Source: Escherichia phage vB_EcoM_Shinka
Length of the DNA stretch: 64,000 nucleotides
Direction: 5' to 3' (one strand)
Sequence record: MZ502379.1
Positions 8,082 through 20,093 of this stretch are shown here, one piece after another (within the stretch, counting starts at the first letter, position 1; every line of letters begins with the position of its first letter). The notes beneath the pieces are model-generated. The model had not been told where the DNA came from and did no database searches. It saw only the letters and a list, made by a program, of their open reading frames with translations. The position numbers and the translations under genes are program-made.

Positions 8082-9792
8082 TAACCTTAATTGGTTTGTT
8101 GGTGTTGTTGAAGATAGAATGGACCCATTAAAATTAGGTCGTGTTCGTGTTCGTGTAGTTGGTCTGCATCCACCTCAAAGAGCACAAGGCGACGTAATGG
8201 GTATTCCAACTGATAAATTACCATGGATGTCAGTTATTCAACCTATAACTTCTGCAGCAATGTCTGGAATTGGAGGCTCCGTTACTGGTCCGGTAGAAGG
8301 AACTAGAGTTTATGGTCATTTTTTAGACAAATGGAAAACTAACGGAATTGTCCTTGGCACGTATGGTGGAATAGTTCGCGAAAAACCGAATAGACTTGAA
8401 GGATTTTCTGACCCAACTGGGCAGTATCCTAGACGTTTAGGAAATGATACTAACGTACTAAACCAAGGCGGAGAAGTAGGATATGATTCCTCTTCTAATA
8501 TTATCCAAGATAGCAATCTAGACACTGCAATAAATCCTGATGATAGACCACTATCAGAGATTCCAACTGATGATAATCCAAACATGTCAATGGCTGAAAT
8601 GCTTCGCCGTGATGAAGGATTAAGACTAAAAGTTTATTGGGATACCGAAGGATATCCGACAATTGGTATTGGTCATCTTATCATGAAGCAGCCAGTTCGT
8701 GATATGACCCAAATTAATAAAGTTTTATCAAAACAAGTTGGTCGTGAAATTACCGGAAATCCAGGTTCTATTACAATGGAAGAAGCGGTAACTTTATTTG
8801 AACGTGATTTAGCTGATATGCAACGCGACATTAAATCGCATTCTAAAGTTGGCCCAGTCTGGCAAGCTGTCAACCGTTCTCGTCAAATGGCATTAGAAAA
8901 TATGGCATTTCAGATGGGTGTTGGCGGTGTAGCTAAATTTAACACAATGTTAACTGCTATGTTAGCAGGAGATTGGGAAAAAGCATATAAAGCCGGTCGT
9001 GATTCATTGTGGTATCAACAAACAAAAGGCCGTGCATCCCGTGTTACTATGATTATTCTTACGGGGAATTTGGAATCATATGGTGTTGAAGTGAAAACTC
9101 CAGCTAGGTCTTTATCGGCAATGGCTGCGACTGTAGCTAAATCTTCTGACCCTGCTGACCCTCCTATTCCAAATGACTCGAGAATTTTATTCAAAGAACC
9201 AGTTTCTTCATATAAAGGCGAATATCCTTATGTGCATACAATGGAAACTGAAAGTGGGCATATTCAGGAATTTGATGATACCCCTGGGCAAGAACGATAT
9301 AGATTAGTTCATCCAACTGGAACTTATGAAGAAGTATCACCGTCAGGAAGAAGAACAAGAAAAACTGTTGATAATTTGTATGATATAACAAATGCTGATG
9401 GTAATTTTTTGGTAGCCGGTGATAAAAAGACTAACGTCGGTGGGTCAGAAATTTATTACAACATGGATAATCGTCTTCACCAGATAGATGGAAGCAATAC
9501 AATATTTGTGCGCGGCGACGAAACTAAGACGGTTGAAGGTAATGGAACTATCCTAGTTAAAGGTAATGTTACTATTGTAGTTGAAGGTAATGCTGACATT
9601 ACAGTTAAAGGAGATGCTACCACTTTAGTTGAAGGAAATCAAACTAATACAGTAAATGGAAATCTTTCTTGGAAAGTTGCCGGGACAGTTGATTGGGACG
9701 TTGGTGGTGATTGGACAGAAAAAATGGCATCTATGAGTTCTATTTCATCTGGTCAATACACAATTGATGGATCGAGGATTGACATTGGCTAA
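8065..9792 (+). CDS. 5: baseplate central spike / tail lysozyme gp5
   Basis: 575 aa; lysozyme motif LRLKVYWDTEGYPTIGIGH; C-terminal VxGxxxxx beta-helix repeats. Confidence 0.9.
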   Translation: MEMISNNLNWFVGVVEDRMDPLKLGRVRVRVVGLHPPQRAQGDVMGIPTDKLPWMSVIQPITSAAMSGIGGSVTGPVEGTRVYGHFLDKWKTNGIVLGTYGGIVREKPNRLEGFSDPTGQYPRRLGNDTNVLNQGGEVGYDSSSNIIQDSNLDTAINPDDRPLSEIPTDDNPNMSMAEMLRRDEGLRLKVYWDTEGYPTIGIGHLIMKQPVRDMTQINKVLSKQVGREITGNPGSITMEEAVTLFERDLADMQRDIKSHSKVGPVWQAVNRSRQMALENMAFQMGVGGVAKFNTMLTAMLAGDWEKAYKAGRDSLWYQQTKGRASRVTMIILTGNLESYGVEVKTPARSLSAMAATVAKSSDPADPPIPNDSRILFKEPVSSYKGEYPYVHTMETESGHIQEFDDTPGQERYRLVHPTGTYEEVSPSGRRTRKTVDNLYDITNADGNFLVAGDKKTNVGGSEIYYNMDNRLHQIDGSNTIFVRGDETKTVEGNGTILVKGNVTIVVEGNADITVKGDATTLVEGNQTNTVNGNLSWKVAGTVDWDVGGDWTEKMASMSSISSGQYTIDGSRIDIG

Positions 9793-9826
9793 TATACTTC
9801 CAATGAGCGCTGATTTAGGAGAATCC

Positions 9827-10321
9827 ATGGAAGGTTCTTCTATCGACGTCACCTTTACCGCTCAATTAGAAACAGGTGAAACGTTAGTATCTATAAATAT
9901 AACTAGTTACGAAGAAACTCCTGGGGTTTTAGTAGAAGAAAATCGCTTATATGGAACATATGAATCTGTGTTTGGATTTGGAAATAACGCGTTGAAATAT
10001 CGTTTAGGCGATGAATTTAAAACTGCTGCTTCATGGGAAGACCTTCCAACTGATTCTAATACTCAGCTATATCTATGGAAAGCTCCTCAAAACCTCCAGA
10101 AGACATTCACTTACGAAGTAACATTAATATATGACTACCAAGAACAAAGTGAATCTGGAGGTTCTGGCAGTAATTCTAGGTCATCTTCTGATACTACTGA
10201 ACCGACAGATCCTCCTGCTCCAGTAAGAAAAACTCTCGTTAAAAATTATACTAAAACTATAGTTGGAAATTGGAGTCGTTGGGCTAATAAATTAAGAAGC
10301 TATGTGTATGAGAGGTCATAG
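9827..10321 (+). CDS. 5.1: gp5.1-like hypothetical protein
   Basis: ATG at 9827 with SD AGGAG (track ORF starts earlier, overlapping gene 5). Confidence 0.55.
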
Positions 10322-10615
10322 ATGTCAGGATTAAGTTATGATAAATGTGTTACTGCTGGTCATGAAGCATGGCCTCCAACAGTTGTGAATGCTACACAAA
10401 GTAAAGTATTCACTGGAGGAATTGCTGTTCTCGTAGCAGGTGATCCAATTACAGAACATACAGAAATTAAAAAGCCATATGAAACACATGGCGGAGTGAC
10501 ACAACCCAGAACTTCTAAGGTATATGTCACTGGAAAGAAAGCTGTTCAAATGGCTGATCCAATATCATGCGGTGATACTGTGGCTCAGGCATCATCTAAA
10601 GTATTCATTAAATAG
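10322..10615 (+). CDS. 5.4: PAAR-type spike tip protein gp5.4
   Basis: 97 aa between gene 5 and gene 6. Confidence 0.7.
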
Positions 10616-10623
10616 GATTTAAA

Positions 10624-12606
10624 ATGGCAAATACCCCTGTAAATTATCAATTAACAAGAACAGCAAATGCTATTCCCGAGATATTCGTCGGGGGTACGTT
10701 TGCTGAAATAAAACAAAACCTCATTGAATGGCTTAATGGCCAAAATGAATTTTTGGATTATGATTTTGAAGGCTCAAGATTAAACGTTCTGTGTGACCTT
10801 TTAGCTTATAATACATTGTACATTCAACAGTTTGGTAATGCTGCTGTGTATGAAAGCTTTATGCGTACTGCTAACTTACGAAGTTCAGTTGTTCAAGCTG
10901 CACAAGATAACGGATATTTACCTACTTCAAAATCCGCTGCGCAGACCGAAATTATGTTAACATGCACCGACGCATTGAATAGGAATTACATTACTATTCC
11001 TCGCGGAACTCGCTTTTTAGCATATGCAAAAGATACTTCTGTTAATCCATATAACTTCGTTTCTACCGAAGACGTTATTGCTATTCGTGATAAAAATAAC
11101 CAATATTTTCCGCGTTTAAAATTGGCCCAGGGACGTATAGTAAGAACTGAAATCATTTATGATAAATTAACACCTATTATCATTTATGATAAAAATATTG
11201 ATAGAAACCAGGTTAAATTATACGTTGATGGAGCAGAATGGATTAACTGGACAAGAAAGTCAATGGTTCATGCTGGTTCTACATCGACAATTTACTACAT
11301 GCGTGAAACTATTGATGGAAATACTGAATTCTATTTTGGTGAAGGTGAAATTTCTGTTAATGCTTCTGAAGGAGCTTTGACCGCTAATTATATCGGAGGT
11401 CTTAAACCTACCCAGAACTCTACGATTGTTATTGAGTACATCAGTACTAACGGTGCAGATGCGAATGGCGCAGTCGGATTTTCATATGCAGATACATTAA
11501 CAAATATAACTGTCATCAACATTAATGAAAATCCAAACGATGACCCAGATTTTGTTGGGGCAGATGGCGGCGGCGATCCAGAAGATATTGAACGTATTCG
11601 CGAATTGGGTACTATTAAACGCGAAACCCAGCAGCGCTGCGTAACTGCGACTGACTATGATACATTCGTTTCAGAGAGATTTGGTTCTATTATTCAAGCA
11701 GTTCAGACGTTCACTGATTCTACTAAACCTGGTTATGCATTTATTGCTGCTAAACCTAAATCAGGTCTGTATTTAACTACTGTACAGCGTGAAGATATTA
11801 AAAATTATCTCAAAGACTATAATTTAGCTCCTATTACGCCATCAATTATTTCTCCTAATTATCTTTTTATTAAGACTAATTTAAAAGTCACATATGCTTT
11901 AAATAAGCTGCAAGAATCCGAACAGTGGCTCGAAGGTCAAATAATTGATAAAATTGATCGTTATTATACCGAAGACGTAGAAATTTTTAATTCATCTTTC
12001 GCTAAATCTAAGATGTTGACATATGTAGATGATGCAGATCATTCTATCATTGGCTCATCAGCGACAATTCAAATTGTTCGTGAAGTACAAAACTTCTATA
12101 AAACGCCTGAAGCAGGTATTAAATACAATAATCAAATAAAAGATCGTTCTATGGAATCTAATACGTTTTCATTTAATTCTGGACGAAAGGTTGTAAATCC
12201 TGATACTGGTTTAGAAGAAGATGTATTATATGACGTTCGCATAGTATCAACAGACCGAGATTCTAAAGGAATTGGTAAAGTTATTATTGGTCCATTTGCT
12301 TCTGGCGATGTTACAGAAAATGAAAACATTCAGCCATATACAGGCAACGATTTTAACAAATTAGCAAATTCTGATGGACGCGACAAATACTATGTTATCG
12401 GTGAAATAAATTATCCAGCTGATGTGATTTATTGGAATATCGCTAAAATTAATTTAACATCTGAAAAATTTGAAGTTCAGACCATCGAATTATATTCTGA
12501 CCCAACCGATGATGTTATCTTTACTCGCGACGGTTCACTGATTGTATTTGAAAATGACTTACGTCCACAATACTTAACTATCGATTTGGAGCCTATATCA
12601 CAATGA
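10624..12606 (+). CDS. 6: baseplate wedge protein gp6
   Basis: 660 aa; order. Confidence 0.85.
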   Translation: MANTPVNYQLTRTANAIPEIFVGGTFAEIKQNLIEWLNGQNEFLDYDFEGSRLNVLCDLLAYNTLYIQQFGNAAVYESFMRTANLRSSVVQAAQDNGYLPTSKSAAQTEIMLTCTDALNRNYITIPRGTRFLAYAKDTSVNPYNFVSTEDVIAIRDKNNQYFPRLKLAQGRIVRTEIIYDKLTPIIIYDKNIDRNQVKLYVDGAEWINWTRKSMVHAGSTSTIYYMRETIDGNTEFYFGEGEISVNASEGALTANYIGGLKPTQNSTIVIEYISTNGADANGAVGFSYADTLTNITVININENPNDDPDFVGADGGGDPEDIERIRELGTIKRETQQRCVTATDYDTFVSERFGSIIQAVQTFTDSTKPGYAFIAAKPKSGLYLTTVQREDIKNYLKDYNLAPITPSIISPNYLFIKTNLKVTYALNKLQESEQWLEGQIIDKIDRYYTEDVEIFNSSFAKSKMLTYVDDADHSIIGSSATIQIVREVQNFYKTPEAGIKYNNQIKDRSMESNTFSFNSGRKVVNPDTGLEEDVLYDVRIVSTDRDSKGIGKVIIGPFASGDVTENENIQPYTGNDFNKLANSDGRDKYYVIGEINYPADVIYWNIAKINLTSEKFEVQTIELYSDPTDDVIFTRDGSLIVFENDLRPQYLTIDLEPISQ

Positions 12607-15600
12607 CAGTAAAAGCACCTTCAGTCACTAGTCTCAGAATTTCCAAGTTATCCGCAAATCAGGTGCAAGTACGCTGGGATGACGTTGGTGCTAATTTCTA
12701 CTATTTTGTAGAAATCGCTGAGACAAAAACGAACTCGGGGGAAAATCTCCCGAGTAATCAATACAGATGGATTAACTTAGGATATACTGCAAATAACAGC
12801 TTCTTTTTTGATGATGCTGACCCATTGACATCATACATTATCAGAGTAGCTACAGCTGCGCAAGATTTTGAGCAGTCTGATTGGATTTATACCGAAGAGT
12901 TTGAAACTTTTGCTACAAATGCTTATACATTTCAAAACATGATTGAAATGCAATTAGCCAATAAATTCATTCAGGAAAAATTTACTCTTAATAATTCTGA
13001 TTATGTTAATTTTAACAATGACACTATAATGGCTGCATTGATGAATGAATCATTTCAATTCAGCCCATCGTATGTTGATGTTTCATCAATAAGTAATTTT
13101 ATTATTGGTGAAAATGAGTATCATGAAATACAAGGTTCTATTCAGCAAGTATGTAAGGATATTAACCGAGTTTATTTGATGGAATCAGAAGGAATTCTAT
13201 ATCTTTTTGAGCGCTATCAACCTGTAGTTAAAGTATCCAATGATAAAGGACAAACCTGGAAAGCCGTAAAGCTCTTCAATGACCGTGTAGGATATCCTTT
13301 ATCTAAGACAGTATATTACCAATCTGCGAACACAACATACGTTCTAGGATACGACAAGATTTTCTATGGCCGTAAATCGACTGACGTTAGATGGTCAGCA
13401 GATGATGTCAGATTCAGTTCGCAGGATATAACATTTGCTAAACTTGGCGACCAGTTACATTTAGGATTTGATGTAGAAATCTTTGGTACTTATGCGACTT
13501 TACCAGCGAATGTATATCGTATAGCTGAAGCCATTACTTGTACGGATGATTATATCTATGTTGTTGCCAGAGATAAAGTTAGATATATAAAAACGAGCAA
13601 TGCACCTATAGATTCTGATCCATTATCTCCAACATATTCGGAAAGGCTATTTGAATCTGATACAATGACTATAACTGGAAATCCTAAAGCAGTATGCTAT
13701 AAAATGGATTCTATTGGTGATAAAGTTTTTGCTCTTATTATCGGTGAAGTTGAAACATTAAATGCTAATCCTAGAACGTCAAAAATAATTGATTCTACTG
13801 ATAAAGGAATATATGTTTTAAATCATGACACAAAAACGTGGAAAAGAGTTTTTGGCAACACTGAAGAAGAAAGAAGACGTATTCAACCTGGGTATGCGAA
13901 TATGTCAACTGATGGTAAATTAGTTTCTCTATCTTCGAGTAATTTTAAATTTTTAAATGATAACGTTGTTAATGACCCTGAAACTGTAGCAAAATATCAG
14001 TTAATCGGTGCCGTTAAATATGAATTTCCTCGTGAATGGTTAGCTGATAAGCATTATCATATGATGGCATTTATAGCAGATGAAAAGTCTGATTGGGAAA
14101 CTTTTACGCCTCAGCCAATGAAATACTACGCAGAACCGTTCTTTAATTGGTCTAAAAAATCTAACACACGCTGTTGGATAAACAACTCTAATAGAGCTGT
14201 AGTAGTTTATGCTGATTTAAAATACACTAAAGTTATAGAAAATATTCCGGAAACATCACCAGATAGATTAGTTCATGAATACTGGGATGATGGTGATTGT
14301 ACGATAGTAATGCCAAATGTTAAATTCACGGGATTTAAAAAATATACGTCTGGGATGCTTTTTTATAAATCTTCTGGTGAAATAATTTCTTATTATGATT
14401 TTAACTATCGTGTGAGAGATACAGTAGAAATTATTTGGAAGCCGACTGGAGTATTTTTAAAAGCATTTTTACAAAACCAAGAGCATGAGACTCCTTGGTC
14501 GCCAGAAGAAGAGCATGGATTAGCTGACCCTGATTTAAGACCATTAATTGGCACAATGATGCCTGATTCTTATTTGTTGCAGGATTCGAATTTTGAGGCA
14601 TTTTGTGAAGCATATATTCAATATCTTTCTGACGGATACGGAACTCAGTATAATAATTTACGAAATTTAATTCGTAATCAGTATCCACGAGAAGAGCATG
14701 CGTGGGAATATTTGTGGTCAGAGATATATAAAAGAAACATTTATTTAAATGCTGACAAACGTGATGCTGTTGCAAGATTTTTTGAATCACGTAGTTATGA
14801 TTTTTATTCTACTAAAGGAATTGAAGCATCATACAAATTTCTTTTTAAAGTTCTTTATAATGAAGAAGTTGAAATTGAAATTGAATCTGGAGCTGGTACT
14901 GAATATGATATAATCGTTCAATCTGATTCTTTGACTGAGGATTTAGTAGGACAAACGATTTATACAGCTACAGGAAGATGTAATGTTACTTATATAGAAA
15001 GAAGTTATTCTAATGGTAAATTGCAATGGACCGTGACTATACATAATCTTTTGGGGCGTTTAATAGCAGGGCAAGAAGTTAAAGCAGAAAGACTCCCTAG
15101 TTTTGAAGGCGAAATTATTCGTGGAGTTAAAGGAAAGGATTTGCTTCAAAACAATATAGACTATATTAATAGAAGTAGATCATACTATGTAATGAAAATT
15201 AAATCCAATTTACCTTCTTCCCGCTGGAAATCTGACGTTATTCGTTTTGTTCATCCAGTAGGATTTGGATTTATAGCAATTACCCTTTTAACGATGTTTA
15301 TTAATGTTGGTTTAACTCTTAAACATACAGAGACCATAATTAATAAATACAAAAACTATAAATGGGATTCTGGATTGCCTACTGAATATGCTGATAGAGT
15401 AGCTAAATTAACTCCAACCGGTGAAATTGAGTATGATTCAGTAACAGGCGAAGCAATTTATGAGCCTGGCCCAATGGCTGGTGTAGAATATCCTCTTCCT
15501 GATGACTATAATGCTGAAAATAATAATTCAATATTTCAAGGTCAATTGCCGTCTGAACGACGTAAATTAATGAGTCCCCTATTTGATGCTTCTGGAACAA

Positions 15601-15701
15601 CATTTGCGCAATTTAGGGATTTAGTTAATAAACGTCTAAAAGATAATATAGGAAATCCAAGAGACCCTGAAAATCCAACACAGGTTAAAATAGATGAATG
15701 A
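12603..15701 (+). CDS. 7: baseplate wedge protein gp7
   Basis: 1032 aa; order. Confidence 0.85.
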   Translation: MTVKAPSVTSLRISKLSANQVQVRWDDVGANFYYFVEIAETKTNSGENLPSNQYRWINLGYTANNSFFFDDADPLTSYIIRVATAAQDFEQSDWIYTEEFETFATNAYTFQNMIEMQLANKFIQEKFTLNNSDYVNFNNDTIMAALMNESFQFSPSYVDVSSISNFIIGENEYHEIQGSIQQVCKDINRVYLMESEGILYLFERYQPVVKVSNDKGQTWKAVKLFNDRVGYPLSKTVYYQSANTTYVLGYDKIFYGRKSTDVRWSADDVRFSSQDITFAKLGDQLHLGFDVEIFGTYATLPANVYRIAEAITCTDDYIYVVARDKVRYIKTSNAPIDSDPLSPTYSERLFESDTMTITGNPKAVCYKMDSIGDKVFALIIGEVETLNANPRTSKIIDSTDKGIYVLNHDTKTWKRVFGNTEEERRRIQPGYANMSTDGKLVSLSSSNFKFLNDNVVNDPETVAKYQLIGAVKYEFPREWLADKHYHMMAFIADEKSDWETFTPQPMKYYAEPFFNWSKKSNTRCWINNSNRAVVVYADLKYTKVIENIPETSPDRLVHEYWDDGDCTIVMPNVKFTGFKKYTSGMLFYKSSGEIISYYDFNYRVRDTVEIIWKPTGVFLKAFLQNQEHETPWSPEEEHGLADPDLRPLIGTMMPDSYLLQDSNFEAFCEAYIQYLSDGYGTQYNNLRNLIRNQYPREEHAWEYLWSEIYKRNIYLNADKRDAVARFFESRSYDFYSTKGIEASYKFLFKVLYNEEVEIEIESGAGTEYDIIVQSDSLTEDLVGQTIYTATGRCNVTYIERSYSNGKLQWTVTIHNLLGRLIAGQEVKAERLPSFEGEIIRGVKGKDLLQNNIDYINRSRSYYVMKIKSNLPSSRWKSDVIRFVHPVGFGFIAITLLTMFINVGLTLKHTETIINKYKNYKWDSGLPTEYADRVAKLTPTGEIEYDSVTGEAIYEPGPMAGVEYPLPDDYNAENNNSIFQGQLPSERRKLMSPLFDASGTTFAQFRDLVNKRLKDNIGNPRDPENPTQVKIDE

Positions 15702-16698
15702 TTCAAGTGTTATCTATCGTGCGATAGTTACTTCAAAATTTAGAACAGAAAAAATGCTGAATTTTTATAATTCAATTGGAAGTGGTCCGGATAAAAACAC
15801 TATCTTTATCACATTTGGAAGATCAGAACCGTGGTCATCAAATGAAAATGAGGTGGGCTTTGCCCCACCTTATCCAACCGATTCTGTATTAGGCGTAACT
15901 GACATGTGGACGCATATGATGGGAACAGTAAAAGTTCTTCCATCAATGCTTGATGCTGTTATTCCTCGCAGAGATTGGGGAGATACTAGATATCCGGATC
16001 CATACACATTTAGAATTAACGATATTGTAGTGTGTAACTCAGCTCCTTACAACGCTACTGAATCAGGCGCAGGCTGGTTAGTATATCGTTGTTTAGATGT
16101 TCCTGATACTGGAATGTGTTCAATCGCATCTTTAACTGATAAGGATGAATGCCTTAAATTAGGCGGAAAATGGACACCTTCTGTTAGGTCAATGACTCCT
16201 CCTGAAGGTCGAGGAGATGCTGAAGGAACAATTGAACCTGGGGACGGGTATGTATGGGAATATCTTTTTGAGATTCCACCCGATGTATCTATAAATAGAT
16301 GCACGAATGAATATATCGTAGTTCCTTGGCCTGAGGAATTAAAAGAAGACCCGACTAGATGGGGATATGAAGATAATCTCACTTGGCAGCAAGATGATTT
16401 TGGATTAATTTACCGGGTTAAGGCAAATACTATCCGTTTTAAAGCATATTTAGATTCAGTTTATTTTCCTGATGCTGCATTGCCAGGAAATAAAGGATTT
16501 AGACAAATATCAATAATCACGAATCCTCTTGAAGCTAAAGCTCATCCAAATGACCCAAACGTTAAAGCTGAAAAGGATTATTATGACCCAGAAGATTTAA
16601 TGAGGCATTCGGGCGAAATGATTTATATGGAAAATAGGCCACCTATTATTATGGCAATGGATCAAACAGAAGAAATCAATATTCTGTTTACATTTTAA
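15694..16698 (+). CDS. 8: baseplate wedge protein gp8
   Basis: 334 aa; order. Confidence 0.85.
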   Translation: MNDSSVIYRAIVTSKFRTEKMLNFYNSIGSGPDKNTIFITFGRSEPWSSNENEVGFAPPYPTDSVLGVTDMWTHMMGTVKVLPSMLDAVIPRRDWGDTRYPDPYTFRINDIVVCNSAPYNATESGAGWLVYRCLDVPDTGMCSIASLTDKDECLKLGGKWTPSVRSMTPPEGRGDAEGTIEPGDGYVWEYLFEIPPDVSINRCTNEYIVVPWPEELKEDPTRWGYEDNLTWQQDDFGLIYRVKANTIRFKAYLDSVYFPDAALPGNKGFRQISIITNPLEAKAHPNDPNVKAEKDYYDPEDLMRHSGEMIYMENRPPIIMAMDQTEEINILFTF

Positions 16699-16703
16699 AT
16701 TAA

Positions 16704-16729
16704 GGGAGCCCATGGGCTCCCTTTTTTCT
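16704..16729 (+). terminator. rho-independent terminator after gene 8
   Basis: stem GGGAGCC/GGCTCCC, loop CATG, then TTTTTT. Confidence 0.6.
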
Positions 16730-16730
16730 T

Positions 16731-16738
16731 TATAAATA
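16731..16738 (+). promoter_or_regulatory. late promoter TATAAATA (gene 9)
   Basis: exact TATAAATA 25 nt upstream of ATG 16763. Confidence 0.5.
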
Positions 16739-16762
16739 TTATAAACTCATAAGGAAACCGCT

Positions 16763-17629
16763 ATGTTCATTCAAGAACCAAAGAAATTGATTGATACCGG
16801 CGAAATTGGTAACGTTTCTACTGGTGATATCTTATTCGACGGTGGTAATAAAATTAATAGTGATTTTAACGCAATTTATAATGCGTTTGGCGATCAGCGT
16901 AAAATGGCAGTAGCAAATGGCACTGGAGCAGATGGTCAAATTATCCATGCTACTGGGTATTATCAAAAACACTCTATTACAGAGTACGCAACTCCAGTGA
17001 AAGTTGGCACTAGACATGATATTGATACCTCTACTGTAGGTGTTAAAGTTATTATTGAAAGAGGCGAACTCGGCGATTGTGTTGAATTCATTAACTCTAA
17101 TGGATCAATATCAGTTACTAATCCTTTAACAATTCAAGCTATTGATTCAATTAAAGGTGTTTCAGGTAATTTAGTAGTAACTAGCCCATATAGTAAAGTA
17201 ACTTTACGCTGTATTTCATCTGATAATTCTACATCGGTTTGGAATTATTCTATTGAAAGTATGTTTGGACAAAAGGAATCACCAGCTGAAGGTACATGGA
17301 ATATTTCTACATCCGGATCAGTTGACATTCCATTGTTTCATCGTACTGAATATAACATGGCTAAATTGTTAGTTACATGCCAATCAGTAGATGGAAGAAA
17401 AATTAAAACGGCAGAAATAAATATTCTTGTAGATACTGTTAATTCAGCGGTCATTTCTTCTGAATATGCTGTCATGCGGGTTGGAAATGAAACAGAAGAA
17501 GACGAAATCGCTAATATTGCATTTAGTATTAAAGAAAATTATGTAACGGCAACTATAAGTTCTTCAACTGTCGGTATGAGAGCAGCAGTTAAAGTTATCG
17601 CTACGCAGAAAATCGGGGTGGCTCAATAA
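16763..17629 (+). CDS. 9: baseplate protein gp9 (long tail fibre socket)
   Basis: 288 aa; order. Confidence 0.85.
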   Translation: MFIQEPKKLIDTGEIGNVSTGDILFDGGNKINSDFNAIYNAFGDQRKMAVANGTGADGQIIHATGYYQKHSITEYATPVKVGTRHDIDTSTVGVKVIIERGELGDCVEFINSNGSISVTNPLTIQAIDSIKGVSGNLVVTSPYSKVTLRCISSDNSTSVWNYSIESMFGQKESPAEGTWNISTSGSVDIPLFHRTEYNMAKLLVTCQSVDGRKIKTAEINILVDTVNSAVISSEYAVMRVGNETEEDEIANIAFSIKENYVTATISSSTVGMRAAVKVIATQKIGVAQ

Positions 17630-19434
17630 TGAAACAAAATATTAATATCGGTAATGTTGTTGATGATGGTACCGGTGACTACCTGCGTAAAGGTGGTATA
17701 AAAATAAATGAAAACTTTGATGAACTTTATTATGAACTTGGCGATGGAGATGTTCCATATTCAGCCGGTGCCTGGAAAACTTATAATGCTTCATCCGGTC
17801 AAACATTAAAAGCTAAGTGGGGAAAATCATACGCTATTAATACCTCTTCTGGAAGAGTAACTTTACAACTTCCTAAAGGAACTGTTAATGATTATAATAA
17901 AGTAATTAGAGCTAGGGATGTATTTGCAACATGGAACATTAATCCAGTTACTTTAGTAGCTGCTTCTGGGGATACAATTAAAGGGTCGTCATCGTCAGTT
18001 GAAATTAATATTCAATTTAGTGATTTAGAGCTCGTTTATTGTGCTCCAGGACGTTGGGAATATGTCAAAAACAAACAAATTGACAAAATTATTAGTTCAG
18101 ATATTAGTAATGTAGCACGTAAAGAATTTTTAGTCGAAGTTCAAGGACAAACAGACTTTTTAGATGTTTTCCGCGGAACTAGCTATAATGTTAATAACAT
18201 CCGAGTAAAACACCGCGGTAATGAATTATATTATGGCGATGTATTTAGTGAAAACAGTGACTTTGGCTCTCCTGGGGAAAATGAAGGAGAATTGATTCCT
18301 CTTGATGGATTTAATATTAGGTTAAGACAGCCTTGTAATATTGGTGACACTGTTCAAATTGAAACATTTATGGATGGTATATCACAATGGAGAAGTTCAT
18401 ATACAAGACGCCAAATAAAAGTATTAGATTCAAAATTAACGTCAAAAACTTCTTTAGAAGGAAGTATTTACGTTACTGATTTATCAACAATGAAATCAAT
18501 TCCATTCTCTGCATTTGGATTAATTCCTGGAGAACCTATTAATCCTAATTCTCTTGAAGTTCGTTTTAATGGAATTTTACAACAACAAGCTGGAACAGCA
18601 GGATATCCTCTGTTTTTGTGTGAAGGTGCTAACTCAGATACGCAAGCAGGATGTATATCTCTTGGTGGTGAATGGAAAGAATCTAACACAGATTATTCTA
18701 TAGAATATGAAGATGGAAAACCTGTCAGTCTTTTATTTGATAGAAAATTTGAATCAGGTGATATAATCGTTATAACATGGTTTAATAATGATTTAGGAAC
18801 TCTTTTAGAAAAAGATGACATTATTGAATTAACTGATGACCGTTATGTTAGTAAAGGATCATCTACTGAAGTTACTGGGGATGTAGCCTTAACAGATTTT
18901 GATAAAATCGGTTGGCCAAATGTTGAAAAAGTTGATTCTTATACTAGAACGTATAATTCAATATCATCTATTTTCGATAGCATTTATCCTGTAGGTTCAA
19001 TTTATGAAAATGCTATAAACCCAAATAATCCGGTGACTTATATGGGGTTTGGTTCGTGGAAATTATTTGGTAAAGGACAAGTTTTAGTAGGATGGAACGA
19101 TGATGTTACAGATCCAAACTTTGCATTAAACAATAATGATTTAGATTCTAGCGGAAATCCTTCACACACTGCCGGTGGAACAGTTGGAACAACATCGGTG
19201 ACACTTGAGAACGCAAATCTTCCTGCGACTAAAACTGATGAAAAAGTTTTAATTGAAGATGAAAACGGATCAGTTATTATTGGAGGTTGTCAATATGACC
19301 CAGACGAAACTGGTCCTATATATACAAAATATCGTGAAGACTACGCAACAACAAACTCTTCACATACTCCTCCTGCTAATATTAGTAATATTCAACCGTC
19401 TATTACTGTATACCGTTGGATAAGGATTGCATAA
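17629..19434 (+). CDS. 10: baseplate wedge protein gp10
   Basis: 601 aa, N-terminus [23 protein letters not shown]. Confidence 0.85.
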   Translation: MKQNINIGNVVDDGTGDYLRKGGIKINENFDELYYELGDGDVPYSAGAWKTYNASSGQTLKAKWGKSYAINTSSGRVTLQLPKGTVNDYNKVIRARDVFATWNINPVTLVAASGDTIKGSSSSVEINIQFSDLELVYCAPGRWEYVKNKQIDKIISSDISNVARKEFLVEVQGQTDFLDVFRGTSYNVNNIRVKHRGNELYYGDVFSENSDFGSPGENEGELIPLDGFNIRLRQPCNIGDTVQIETFMDGISQWRSSYTRRQIKVLDSKLTSKTSLEGSIYVTDLSTMKSIPFSAFGLIPGEPINPNSLEVRFNGILQQQAGTAGYPLFLCEGANSDTQAGCISLGGEWKESNTDYSIEYEDGKPVSLLFDRKFESGDIIVITWFNNDLGTLLEKDDIIELTDDRYVSKGSSTEVTGDVALTDFDKIGWPNVEKVDSYTRTYNSISSIFDSIYPVGSIYENAINPNNPVTYMGFGSWKLFGKGQVLVGWNDDVTDPNFALNNNDLDSSGNPSHTAGGTVGTTSVTLENANLPATKTDEKVLIEDENGSVIIGGCQYDPDETGPIYTKYREDYATTNSSHTPPANISNIQPSITVYRWIRIA

Positions 19435-20093
19435 TGAGTTTACTTAATAATAAAGCGGGAGTTATTTCCCGCTTAGCAGATTTTCTTGGTTTTAGAACTA
19501 AGAAAAATGATATTTCGGTTATGAATAATCAGCCAGTAGGCGCTGTAACAATTTCACAAATAGCAAAAGGTTTTTATGACCCAAATGTAGAATCTGCTAT
19601 CAATGATGTTAGAAATATGGCAGAGCAACAGGTTGGAGCTGTATTAGTTAATATAAGCGGCGTATCTCCTACTGGCGTGCAACAAACAGACTATTGGTCA
19701 TTTGAAGGAACCGTTACTGATACTTCAGCCAAACCAGGTGATCCAGTTATTGTTAACATGTTTGGTATTCCAGTTAAAGCTACTAATGGAATGACTTCAA
19801 TTGAATTTACTAGTGCTGTTAGAACAGCTCTACAGGAAATGGTTGTAAAATTTATTGCAATTGATTCATTTGAAGACCATCCTACTATAGGGAATAAAAT
19901 ACAAGTTAAGTATTTAGATAACCAAGAACATATCTTAGAGCAATACTCTGATAAAGGAATTACTTTCAAACAAGAAATAATTTCTCCTTCTAAACCCGGG
20001 TATGGAACTTGGCAATTATTAGGTGCGCAAACTGTTACGCTAGATAGTCACACACAACCTACAGTATTTTATTATTTTGAGAGAATAGCATGA
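19434..20093 (+). CDS. 11: baseplate wedge protein gp11
   Basis: 219 aa from ATG at 19434 (TAATG overlap with gene 10 stop). Confidence 0.8.
   Translation: MSLLNNKAGVISRLADFLGFRTKKNDISVMNNQPVGAVTISQIAKGFYDPNVESAINDVRNMAEQQVGAVLVNISGVSPTGVQQTDYWSFEGTVTDTSAKPGDPVIVNMFGIPVKATNGMTSIEFTSAVRTALQEMVVKFIAIDSFEDHPTIGNKIQVKYLDNQEHILEQYSDKGITFKQEIISPSKPGYGTWQLLGAQTVTLDSHTQPTVFYYFERIA

Noticed and set aside
8316-8873. Antisense ORFs inside gene 5 (89 and 66 aa)
   Set aside because: Fully embedded antisense in a well-supported CDS, no SD or promoter; similar embedded ORFs in genes 6, 7, 17, 20, 22, 23, 29 and alt were rejected for the same reason.
9480-9700. Short periodic repeats in DNA (VEGN/VKGN units)
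   Set aside because: This is the C-terminal beta-helix of gp5, an intragenic protein repeat, not a CRISPR array or mobile repeat.
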